IMG/VR virus record: IMGVR_UViG_3300021137_000006
Coordinates: 1-64,000 of that record
Strand: one strand, 5' to 3'
DNA from: a virus
DNA length: 64,000 nucleotides
The notes beneath the pieces were generated by a model. That model was not told the origin of the DNA. It was given only the letters and a program-made list of their open reading frames with translations, and searched no databases. Both the position numbers and the translations under genes were made by a program. How positions within the stretch are numbered: the first letter of the stretch is position 1; the number at the start of each line of letters is the position of its first letter. Below are positions 52,121-59,085 of the stretch, one piece after another.

Positions 52121-52606
52121 ATGTTCACCTTCTTTCGCACCTTACTTGAAACACTTGAGGATACCCGCAAAACTGGTCACTATGTGGCTGCTAAAGTATC
52201 AAAGCAGACCACAGCTGACTTAAAAAAGTGGTGCAAAGAGAATAAAGTACCGACGTCGAAAGACTTTTTCGATAACTTGCATATCACGATCTGCTATTCG
52301 ACAAAAGTTTTCCCAATTGACGAGAATGATACGATCGATGACTTGTCGGACTGGAATGTGGATCCGATCGCTTTTGCAGAGTTCGGAAAAGATAATGATA
52401 AAAAATACTTGGTTCTAAAAGTTAAGAGCAACCAATGCGCTAGTCGTTGGCAACATTACCTCGATCAGGGCGCGAGTTACGACTTTGATGATTATCTTCC
52501 GCATATTTCACTTGCTCTGAACTTTAAGGGCGACCTCAATTCACTTGATCTGGATACCTTGCCAAAACTAGTACTAGATAAAGAGTACTACGAAAAACTT
52601 TCCTAA
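52121..52606 (+). CDS. acb1: Acb1-like 2H phosphoesterase (anti-CBASS nuclease, T4 57B-like)
   Basis: G.YVAAK, LHITICYS and GASYDFDDYLPHISL; two HxT/S motifs matching my recollection of T4 Acb1. Confidence 0.8.
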   Translation: MFTFFRTLLETLEDTRKTGHYVAAKVSKQTTADLKKWCKENKVPTSKDFFDNLHITICYSTKVFPIDENDTIDDLSDWNVDPIAFAEFGKDNDKKYLVLKVKSNQCASRWQHYLDQGASYDFDDYLPHISLALNFKGDLNSLDLDTLPKLVLDKEYYEKLS

Positions 52607-52607
52607 A

Positions 52608-52847
52608 ATGGCTGACGATCAACTTCCCTTCTCACGTCTGCGGTACAACGTCGATAAAAAACGCAACCAAATCATTACTCACCAAGCCGAGTTGGTGGAG
52701 ATGGAGCGCGAATTGCAGTTGCGTTGTGATCACCTTGATATTGAGAGATTTCAAGAGCAAGCGGTTGGCGACTTCTATAGCGGCCCAGTTGTTGTTAATG
52801 TCATTCGCTGCAAGACTTGTGGATTTGTACGTAGACTTGCAGCATAA
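52608..52847 (+). CDS. Hypothetical protein
   Basis: 79 aa with CxH and CKTCG. Confidence 0.6.
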   Translation: MADDQLPFSRLRYNVDKKRNQIITHQAELVEMERELQLRCDHLDIERFQEQAVGDFYSGPVVVNVIRCKTCGFVRRLAA

Positions 52848-52924
52848 CTATACCCTTACCCCCGCGTACGTGATACAAGCCTGCTTGTAAATAAGCGCGC
52901 AACTCGCATGCGACAAGGGAAATT

Positions 52925-53602
52925 ATGCAAAAATTCAACAGAGCTTCAATAAAAAATGACATCGAAGACGAATTAGCTGACGATGAGCTTGCCCCTCGTC
53001 CTAAGTTTGGGTTCACTCGGACAATTCATGTTAAACATCATAACTTCTATCTCTATTCGGATATCGGACCTCCTGAAAACTACATCGAACTAATTCAAAC
53101 AATTCGAACTGCTGAAGCTACTGATCAAATTTATTTACACCTCAACACTGCCGGTGGTCACCTCGATACTGGCATTGCTATCGTGTCTGCAATTGCAGAA
53201 TGTCAAGGTACGGTTACTACTGTACTCGACTCACAAGCCTGCTCGATGGGCGCAATCTTGTTCCTTGCTGGTCACCAGTATATCGTCCACGATTGTGCAA
53301 TGATGATGTTCCACACGTTCAACGGAGGATTCGTCGGTAAGAGTTCCGATGTTGATAAACAGGTACAAGCGTACAAACGTCAGTACACGATGCTTGTCAA
53401 AAAGACGTGCTCTAAGTTTTTGTCAGCAGACGAAATTAAACGGATCGACAACGGTGAAGAACTGTGGTTCGCATCGGACGTAATTGGTAAACGACTGCGT
53501 GTGCTGCACAAAGAACAAATAGAAGAAACTCACACAAAGCCCCGTAAATCTAAAAAAGGTGTCGCCACTCTAGTAATCGAGGACACACCACCACTTGAAT
53601 AA
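52925..53602 (+). CDS. ClpP-like serine protease
   Basis: LHLNTAGG, ACSMGA (catalytic Ser) and MMMFH motifs. Confidence 0.85.
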   Translation: MQKFNRASIKNDIEDELADDELAPRPKFGFTRTIHVKHHNFYLYSDIGPPENYIELIQTIRTAEATDQIYLHLNTAGGHLDTGIAIVSAIAECQGTVTTVLDSQACSMGAILFLAGHQYIVHDCAMMMFHTFNGGFVGKSSDVDKQVQAYKRQYTMLVKKTCSKFLSADEIKRIDNGEELWFASDVIGKRLRVLHKEQIEETHTKPRKSKKGVATLVIEDTPPLE

Positions 53603-54594
53603 TGTTCGAAACTGAAACACTTGAAAATGTAATTAAACAGAGCGGGATCTTGGGAACGAGGTCTCCCTCTTCCTCAGGTTGGCACATAGTTAAATGCAAG
53701 ATTTGCAACGACTACAAAGCTCGTGCTGGATTTATATTCGAAAATGGTGCTAGCACCTTTCATTGCTTCAATTGCGGCCACGCTGCTGGACATGCCCCAT
53801 CTTCGCAGAAATTCTCAAAAGGCATGTACGAGGTACTAACTGCGTTTAATGTAGACATTTCTGCAGCAAAAAAATCACTCTTCGCCTCGTTTGGTGCACA
53901 AGAAGACACAACGGAAGAAGCGATTCACCGTGAGCAATATCGTCAGCCTCCTCCAATCGAAGTCCCTTCAGAATTCGAATTCCTTAATGTTACTAATCCA
54001 ACCCATGCAGAAGCTATCCGATACACCGAAACCCGGTTCGTAGACTATGCAAAATACGGGTTGATGATATCGACAACAACTAACTCCAGAAACAAGTGGT
54101 ACAAGCGGATCATCGTCCCTATGTACAATCGTTCTAACCAAGTAATCTACTACCAGGGACGAACCTACGACAATCATGCCAAGCGTTGGGACAGTCCATC
54201 TGACCCAAAGGCGAATGTGTTATTTGGTTACCACAATCTTGATGATTACTCCAAAGACTACATCATAATCTGCGAAGGTCCGTTTGACATGATGAGTATT
54301 GACGGTGTAGCAATATTAGGAAGTGAGTTCTCCCCATATCAGATTCGAGTACTTACGGTGAGTAGTAAGAAGAAGATCGTCGTTCCGCAGCGAGATAAGC
54401 GGGGATACGCTCTTGCGTTACAAGCTCTTGAGCAAAACTACTCACTCAGTTTCCCAGATATTGGTGGTGCACAAGATATAAATGATGCGATCGTTAAGTA
54501 CGGAAGACTGTACACTGAGCAGCAAATAGTTGCCAAAATGACATCTTCTAAATACGAAGCGCAACTGAAGCTCGGCATGTGGTGTTCCACATAA
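53602..54594 (+). CDS. DNA primase (gp61-like)
   Basis: CKIC...HCFNCG Zn finger, RIIVP, YQGR, TOPRIM EGPFD and DIND. Confidence 0.9.
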   Translation: MFETETLENVIKQSGILGTRSPSSSGWHIVKCKICNDYKARAGFIFENGASTFHCFNCGHAAGHAPSSQKFSKGMYEVLTAFNVDISAAKKSLFASFGAQEDTTEEAIHREQYRQPPPIEVPSEFEFLNVTNPTHAEAIRYTETRFVDYAKYGLMISTTTNSRNKWYKRIIVPMYNRSNQVIYYQGRTYDNHAKRWDSPSDPKANVLFGYHNLDDYSKDYIIICEGPFDMMSIDGVAILGSEFSPYQIRVLTVSSKKKIVVPQRDKRGYALALQALEQNYSLSFPDIGGAQDINDAIVKYGRLYTEQQIVAKMTSSKYEAQLKLGMWCST

Positions 54595-54615
54595 CTTTAC
54601 TATAACCTCACCTAT

Positions 54616-55212
54616 ATGATCACTTTCCCAAAATACCAACCAATCGCCAACGTCGTACTATCTGTGGATCTCAACAACGCAGCTACCCAGAATTCTACCG
54701 ATCTGCTACCGACGATTGGATACATCGGATTTGCTGAACCCCAAGGGGCAAAGGCAGTAATTGAGATCGATAGCCAAGGTAAAATTCTTGGTACCAATTC
54801 AAAAGCAGCGACAAAGTGGGCAAACGCCAACACCAGGTCGTTACTCTTAATTCACTCTAACCTTGTCGCAGCGCACGGCCTCCTGCCGGACAATATGACA
54901 CTAACCCTGGTTGGTTATATTTTTACAGGTTCGCTCACGCTGATCGACGCCCAGCTCGCCATAGACGGTAAACATAGTGTGTACTGGTTATCAGTCAAAG
55001 TACTCAATGAGTTGGTCGTGCGGGTGAGTAAAGTGCAAACTGCATTTGCTGACAACGCACTGTTCACTGAAATCAATTTCAACCAACCTGAATTGTTCGT
55101 CGAAGCAGCCACTCAAGCTGCAGACGGCGTGCCAATGTTGTGGCAAATCAGTCCCCACACTGAATTTGCAATCGCTCCTGTGCTACGTGACCCGTACCGC
55201 ATTGCTTTGTAA
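54616..55212 (+). CDS. Hypothetical protein
   Basis: 198-aa ORF. Confidence 0.6.
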   Translation: MITFPKYQPIANVVLSVDLNNAATQNSTDLLPTIGYIGFAEPQGAKAVIEIDSQGKILGTNSKAATKWANANTRSLLLIHSNLVAAHGLLPDNMTLTLVGYIFTGSLTLIDAQLAIDGKHSVYWLSVKVLNELVVRVSKVQTAFADNALFTEINFNQPELFVEAATQAADGVPMLWQISPHTEFAIAPVLRDPYRIAL

Positions 55213-55214
55213 TC

Positions 55215-55379
55215 ATGCCAGCAGTTGCACGAAAGGGTGATCCGGATTCAAATGGAGACTCGATTACACAGGGCTCTCCATCTGTTTTTGCAAACGGCCA
55301 ACCTGTTGCACGAAAGGGTGATCCGGATTCAAATGGAGACTCGATTACACAGGGCTCTCCATCTGTTTTTGCAAACTAG
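55215..55379 (+). CDS. PAAR-like spike tip protein (54 aa; absent from the ORF track)
   Basis: MPAVARKGD...ITQGSPSVFANGQPVARKGD...ITQGSPSVFAN. Confidence 0.8.
   Translation: MPAVARKGDPDSNGDSITQGSPSVFANGQPVARKGDPDSNGDSITQGSPSVFAN
55224..55376 (+). repeat. Perfect 72-bp direct repeat, period 81 (55224-55295 and 55305-55376)
   Basis: Identical copies make up the two PAAR units. Confidence 0.95.
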
Positions 55380-55381
55380 CA

Positions 55382-55565
55382 AAACAACCTGTTGACCCAC
55401 TTTGTGAAATGTGTTACATTAGACAAATCGGGTAGCAGAAAAAGTTAAAAAGAAATTTTGAAACAACCTGTTGACCCACTTTGTGAAATGTGTTACATTA
55501 GACAAATCGGTTAGCAGAAAAAGTTAAAAAGATCTGTTGACCCAAAAAGTTTTTTGATTTATAGT
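55382..55565 (+). promoter_or_regulatory. Three tandem sigma70 promoters; the first two lie in a near-perfect repeat of period 79
   Basis: TTGACC-N17-TACATT at 55392-55420 and 55471-55499 (both with TGn); TTGACC-N17-TATAGT at 55537-55565. Confidence 0.85.
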
Positions 55566-55616
55566 TAGCCTTTTGGCATTGAGCCATATATACTCTTACA
55601 GTAGAAAGTTTTTGAA

Positions 55617-55721
55617 ATGTCTTCGTCCTTCGTGATTATTAGCAAACATACAATGAGTGAGCGCTTTAGCGATCGTTCGGATACTATGTGCGCCCTTGTT
55701 CAAGAAGGATGGGATGATTAA
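55617..55721 (+). CDS. Leader peptide of the tRNA array (34 aa)
   Basis: MSSSFVIISKHTMSERFSDRSDTMCALVQEGWDD; AGAAAG upstream; lies between the promoters and a terminator. Confidence 0.75.
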   Translation: MSSSFVIISKHTMSERFSDRSDTMCALVQEGWDD

Positions 55722-55776
55722 AGAATCGTTCTAACCGGATAAGAAACAAGGGCTCCAAATAGGGGCCCTTTTTATT
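55692..55776 (+). terminator. Attenuator: antiterminator (55692-55700 with 55745-55753) versus intrinsic terminator (55748-55773)
   Basis: GCCCTTGTT is the exact reverse complement of AACAAGGGC, which overlaps the 5' arm of AAGGGCTCC-AAATA-GGGGCCCTT-TTT. Confidence 0.8.
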
Positions 55777-55805
55777 GCCTAATCGATCGAGGTTGGTGCA
55801 AGTAA

Positions 55806-55820
55806 GATCATTAAAAATTT
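55806..55820 (+). promoter_or_regulatory. boxA-like antitermination element
   Basis: GATCATTAAAAATTT versus rrn boxA GCTCTTTAACAATTT (12/15), just before the first tRNA. Confidence 0.45.
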
Positions 55821-55834
55821 GCGTGTGTTTTTAT

Positions 55835-55910
55835 CCCTGTGTAGCTTAATGGCTAGAGCAATCGGCTTTTACCCGATCAGGTGTCCGTTCGACTCGGATC
55901 ACAGGGACCA
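55835..55910 (+). tRNA. tRNA-Lys(TTT)
   Basis: CCCTGTG/CACAGGG acceptor; ATCGG-CTTTTAC-CCGAT; CCA. Confidence 0.93.
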
Positions 55911-55925
55911 AAACTTATTCAATAG

Positions 55926-56138
55926 CTGTGTCCTAATTGTCACAGTATCACGGATACTTGGCGCGGTCGAAACAAACCCGCCAATAATGGAAAAAACGTT
56001 GTACAGGATAAAACGTTGTTGCAGCACTTACAAGACGCTCCTAACATCCGTCAAGGATTACTAAGAGCCGGATTAGCAGCAAAAGGCGCTAACTACGAAA
56101 GAGCGAAACAGTTATTGAATAAGAATTTGGGAGCGTAG
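55926..56138 (+). pseudogene. C-terminal remnant of an HNH endonuclease
   Basis: Reads LCPNCHSITDTWRGRN...GLAAKGANYERAK with a stop immediately upstream and no start. Confidence 0.7.
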
Positions 56139-56206
56139 CTCAACTGGCTAGCAGCAATCGGCTCTTACCCGATAGGTTCTGGGTTCAAATCCCAGTGCTC
56201 CCACCA
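56129..56206 (+). tRNA. tRNA-Lys(CTT)
   Basis: ATCGG-CTCTTAC-CCGAT; GGTTCAAATCC; CCA. Confidence 0.93.
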
Positions 56207-56215
56207 CAACATTAT

Positions 56216-56290
56216 GCCCGGACAGCTCATCGGTAGAGCACTCGACTGATAATCGAGCGGTGATTGGTTCGATTCCAATTCCGGGCACCA
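56216..56290 (+). tRNA. tRNA-Ile(GAT)
   Basis: CTCGA-CTGATAA-TCGAG; CCA. Confidence 0.93.
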
Positions 56291-56295
56291 ATTTT

Positions 56296-56370
56296 AGCCG
56301 CGTAACTCAGAGGCAGAGTAATCCCTTGATAAGGGATAAGTCGACATTTCGAAATTGTCCGTGGCTACCA
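56296..56370 (+). tRNA. tRNA-Ile(GAT), second divergent copy
   Basis: ATCCC-TTGATAA-GGGAT; CCA. Confidence 0.88.
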
Positions 56371-56377
56371 GAAATAT

Positions 56378-56455
56378 ATCACTGTCGTCTAATTGGAATA
56401 GGACACTAGACTTTCAATCTAGCAAATGCGGATTCGACTTCCGTCAGTGATACCA
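56378..56455 (+). tRNA. tRNA-Glu(TTC)
   Basis: CTAGA-CTTTCAA-TCTAG; CCA. Confidence 0.92.
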
Positions 56456-56456
56456 T

Positions 56457-56501
56457 ACTTTGTGATCGTCTATTGGTTAGGAGTTCTAACTCATAAATAG
56501 A
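56457..56501 (+). pseudogene. 5' portion of a tRNA-like sequence interrupted by the endonuclease gene
   Basis: TCGTCTATTGGTTAGGA D-arm-like segment, then TCTAA-CTCATAA-ATAGA; a possible 3' remnant ends in GCCA at 57215. Confidence 0.45.
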
Positions 56502-56517
56502 CATAGGAGGACTTTTT

Positions 56518-57198
56518 ATGTCTATGGGTGGTTATCGAGAAGGCTCTGGTAGGAGCAAAACAGGGTACTACAATGGAATCTATTGTGGTAGCACTTACGA
56601 GTTGTGTTGGGTGATATATTCTATAGATCACGGAATTAACTTTACCCGATTTCCGGGATTATTGGAAGCTAATGGTGTCCGGTATTATCCAGATTTCCTA
56701 CTAGGTGACGGTAAGACTATCGTCGAGACGAAAGGGTATGAAGCCCAATTAGCAGTGGATAAGAAAACGGCTGTAGCAATTTCTCATGGGTATGTTGTGC
56801 AAGTTCTCCGTAAGGATGATCTAAAATACGCTTTCGATTATGTATCTGAAAAGTATGGCACCAAGCGATACCACACTTTGTATGATGGATACGCACCGAC
56901 GTATGACTATATTTGTGATTGTTGTGGACAGCCATTTCGAGTCGATTCTAAAAAGAAAACAGAACGAAAATTCTGCAATAGAGTATGTGCGGGTAAATTC
57001 CGAAAACAACTAATCCTGCAACAAGATGACTGGAGAGACCGAATTTCAGCATCCTTAACGGGACGGAAGGTTAAGCCGTATCAAAGAAAATATAAACAAA
57101 AGTGGATTACTGACGGTAAACTTAATACGAAGATTCAGTTTGATCTTTGTATACCGGATGGATTTCACCAAGGGCGAACAAATTCTGTGCAGGACTAA
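56518..57198 (+). CDS. PD-(D/E)xK-type putative homing endonuclease
   Basis: STYEL, YYPDF...ETKG, CDCCG...FCNRVC and KWITDG; AGGAGG RBS and TAAATA upstream. Confidence 0.75.
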   Translation: MSMGGYREGSGRSKTGYYNGIYCGSTYELCWVIYSIDHGINFTRFPGLLEANGVRYYPDFLLGDGKTIVETKGYEAQLAVDKKTAVAISHGYVVQVLRKDDLKYAFDYVSEKYGTKRYHTLYDGYAPTYDYICDCCGQPFRVDSKKKTERKFCNRVCAGKFRKQLILQQDDWRDRISASLTGRKVKPYQRKYKQKWITDGKLNTKIQFDLCIPDGFHQGRTNSVQD

Positions 57199-57220
57199 AC
57201 TCCTCAGCAGTGCCATTTAT

Positions 57221-57295
57221 ATCACGTTGGACTTCTAGTGAGGTCATCTGCCTTTCACGCAGACCAGACGAGAGCGTAACTCGTACGTGATGCCA
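57221..57295 (+). tRNA. tRNA-Glu(TTC), atypical T loop
   Basis: TCTGC-CTTTCAC-GCAGA; T arm ACGAG-AGCGTAA-CTCGT; CCA. Confidence 0.85.
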
Positions 57296-57379
57296 TTTAC
57301 CGCCCATCCTGTGAAGGACCGGCTTCGTGATGACTCGTTTATTGACCGAGGGATACCAAATAGTCAATAAGAATTTTAT

Positions 57380-57457
57380 GGCCTATGAGTCTGCTTGGTG
57401 TGGACGCTACCCTGTCACGGTAGAGATAGATCGGTTCAAATCCGATATAGGTCGCCA
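57380..57457 (+). tRNA. tRNA-Asp(GTC)
   Basis: CTACC-CTGTCAC-GGTAG; CCA. Confidence 0.9.
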
Positions 57458-57507
57458 ATTATGTTCGGGATCGAATCATAAATATGTTCGATCACATGGA
57501 GTAGTGT

Positions 57508-57921
57508 ATGAAGAAAGTATGTTCTAAATGCCAGCAAGAAAAAGAGCTGTCGGAGTTTAGAAAAGACAAATCCCGCAAGGATGGGGTAATGTCAAGCTGC
57601 AAACAATGCACTAGACAGTTTTACAAAAGCCAGTATGTGACAAAGTACGGCGACAAATATGCGACTGCAAACAGAAAGCGTAGAGCTAATCAAGCAGCCA
57701 TGTTGTACGAATATAAGAGTAAGCAGAAGTGCTTATTTTGTGACGAGCGAGAGCCAGTCTGCTTAGAGTTCCATCACACCGATCCGTCAATCAAAGATTT
57801 TGGAGTCGGTTCGAGCGTGGGACGCAACTGGGAAAAGATCCTCGCAGAGATTGAAAAATGTGTGTGCCTGTGCAGCAATTGTCACAAAAAGGTACATGCA
57901 GGTTTATTAATTATACAGTAG
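57508..57921 (+). CDS. HNH endonuclease
   Basis: CSKC...CKQC, CLFC...LEFHH...EIEKCVCLCSNCHKKVH. Confidence 0.88.
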   Translation: MKKVCSKCQQEKELSEFRKDKSRKDGVMSSCKQCTRQFYKSQYVTKYGDKYATANRKRRANQAAMLYEYKSKQKCLFCDEREPVCLEFHHTDPSIKDFGVGSSVGRNWEKILAEIEKCVCLCSNCHKKVHAGLLIIQ

Positions 57922-57990
57922 TAGCATAGCGGCTAATGCACCTCCCTGTCTAGGAGACTACCGCGGGTTCGAGTCCCGTCTACTGTGCCA
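57915..57990 (+). tRNA. tRNA-Asp(GTC), second copy
   Basis: ACAGTAG/CTACTGT acceptor; loop CTGTCTA; CCA. Confidence 0.88.
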
Positions 57991-57995
57991 AATAT

Positions 57996-58067
57996 GGGTA
58001 GCTTAGCATAATGTAAATGCGCTCACGTTGAGTGAGAGATATTGAGCCATCTCAATAGACGCCCCCA
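57996..58067 (+). pseudogene. Degenerate tRNA-like cloverleaf
   Basis: D-arm-like GCAT/ATGC, CTCAC-GTTGA-GTGAG with only a 5-nt loop, ATTGA/TCAAT arm, ends in CCA. Confidence 0.5.
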
Positions 58068-58073
58068 AGTTTA

Positions 58074-58134
58074 AGGATACGAACAGCAAATCTAAACAAT
58101 TTGACCTTTTAATTCAAACCTAAAGTGTATCCTG
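58074..58134 (+). ncRNA. Small structured RNA with a tRNA-Lys-like anticodon stem-loop
   Basis: AGGATAC/GTATCCT outer stem, ACAGCAA segment, inner TTTGA-c-CTTTTAA-t-TCAAA. Confidence 0.55.
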
Positions 58135-58143
58135 TCTTATTTT

Positions 58144-58219
58144 CCACTTCTAGCTGACAAAGTATTAGCGCTGGGCTGAAAATCCAGAGATCCTGGGGCG
58201 GTACCAGGGGAGTGGGCCA
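58144..58219 (+). tRNA. tRNA-Phe(GAA), atypical T loop
   Basis: CTGGG-CTGAAAA-TCCAG; T arm CCTGG-GGCGGTA-CCAGG; CCA. Confidence 0.85.
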
Positions 58220-58226
58220 ATTTTAT

Positions 58227-58302
58227 GCAGCCATAGCTCAGTTAGGAGAGCACCGGATTGAAACCCCGGGTGTCGCTGGGGCGGATCCAGCTGGTTGCAC
58301 CA
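58227..58302 (+). tRNA. tRNA-Phe(GAA), second copy, atypical T loop
   Basis: Loop TTGAAAC; T arm GCTGG-GGCGGAT-CCAGC; CCA. Confidence 0.85.
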
Positions 58303-58333
58303 TTTTATAAATATACTACCTCAGGAGAGTATT

Positions 58334-58657
58334 ATGAAGAAGATTCTTGTAAGTTTACTATTAGCTGTCGCAGCAAGTTCCGCATTTGCTGATCGTTGTT
58401 GCTACCGAGGTGGTTGGGGTCATGGAGGCGGCTGGATCGGTCCAGTACTCAGTGGTGTCATCGGGTATGAAATTGGACAAAGTCAGCGTCAGACGGTACT
58501 CGTGCAACAACAACCTGCGTATGTACAACCTGTGTATGTACAACCTGCTCCGATCATTATCACAGATCCCAACCAAGTTGTAATCAACGGCAAGCTGTAC
58601 CGCAAGCAATTGATGAATATCGATGGCGTAGTGCAGGAAGTGCTCGTAGCACAATAA
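58334..58657 (+). CDS. Small exported protein (signal peptide, Gly-rich, YVQP repeats)
   Basis: AGGAG RBS, TATAAATA upstream, MKKILVSLLLAVAASSAFA signal. Confidence 0.75.
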   Translation: MKKILVSLLLAVAASSAFADRCCYRGGWGHGGGWIGPVLSGVIGYEIGQSQRQTVLVQQQPAYVQPVYVQPAPIIITDPNQVVINGKLYRKQLMNIDGVVQEVLVAQ

Positions 58658-58663
58658 CCACAT

Positions 58664-58737
58664 GGTTCGTTAGCTCAATGGTAGAGCACTGCTTTGACTC
58701 GGCAGACACAAAGGTTCGATTCCTTTACGATCCACCA
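58664..58737 (+). tRNA. tRNA-Val(GAC)
   Basis: CTGCT-TTGACTC-GGCAG; CCA. Confidence 0.85.
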
Positions 58738-58744
58738 AACAAAT

Positions 58745-58832
58745 GGAAGGTTAATCTCACTGGGTGAGACACTGCTTCGAACGCAGTCGGACTCCGCAAG
58801 GGGTTAGAGTTCGATCCTCTATCCTTCCTCCA
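58745..58832 (+). tRNA. tRNA-Ser(CGA)
   Basis: ACTGC-TTCGAAC-GCAGT; long variable arm; CCA. Confidence 0.85.
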
Positions 58833-58853
58833 ATTTTTACAAAGCATAGAGGT

Positions 58854-58926
58854 GTGACGTTAGTGTAGCGGCAGCACCCCAGATTGTGATTCTGTTAGTA
58901 CGGGTTCGACCCCCGTACGTCACCCC
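58854..58926 (+). tRNA. tRNA-His(GTG)
   Basis: GTGACGT/ACGTCAC acceptor, C73, loop TTGTGAT; ends CCT rather than CCA. Confidence 0.85.
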
Positions 58927-58945
58927 TGTGTGCTTTGTAACGTTC

Positions 58946-59022
58946 GGTGCGGTAGTATTATTAGCAATACGCGGTCCTCATAAGGCTGAATGAAGGGAGT
59001 GCAAATCTCCCCCGCACCACCA
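58946..59022 (+). tRNA. tRNA-Met(CAT) (elongator Met or Ile2)
   Basis: CGGTC-CTCATAA-GGCTG; CCA. Confidence 0.85.
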
Positions 59023-59028
59023 AATCTG

Positions 59029-59057
59029 TTGACCTTTTTGGAAATAGGGTAGATAAT
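59029..59057 (+). promoter_or_regulatory. Sigma70 promoter
   Basis: TTGACC-N17-GATAAT. Confidence 0.75.
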
Positions 59058-59085
59058 TACCGTATTGACAAACAAAGGACACAAA

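Noticed and set aside
55224-55532. Tandem repeats as a CRISPR array
   Set aside because: The repeats are about 70 bp with only two copies each and no unique spacers; they are explained as PAAR units and duplicated promoters, and no cas genes are present.
55819-56064. 81-aa ORF from the track
   Set aside because: It overlaps tRNA-Lys(TTT), and the HNH-like signal is in a different frame.
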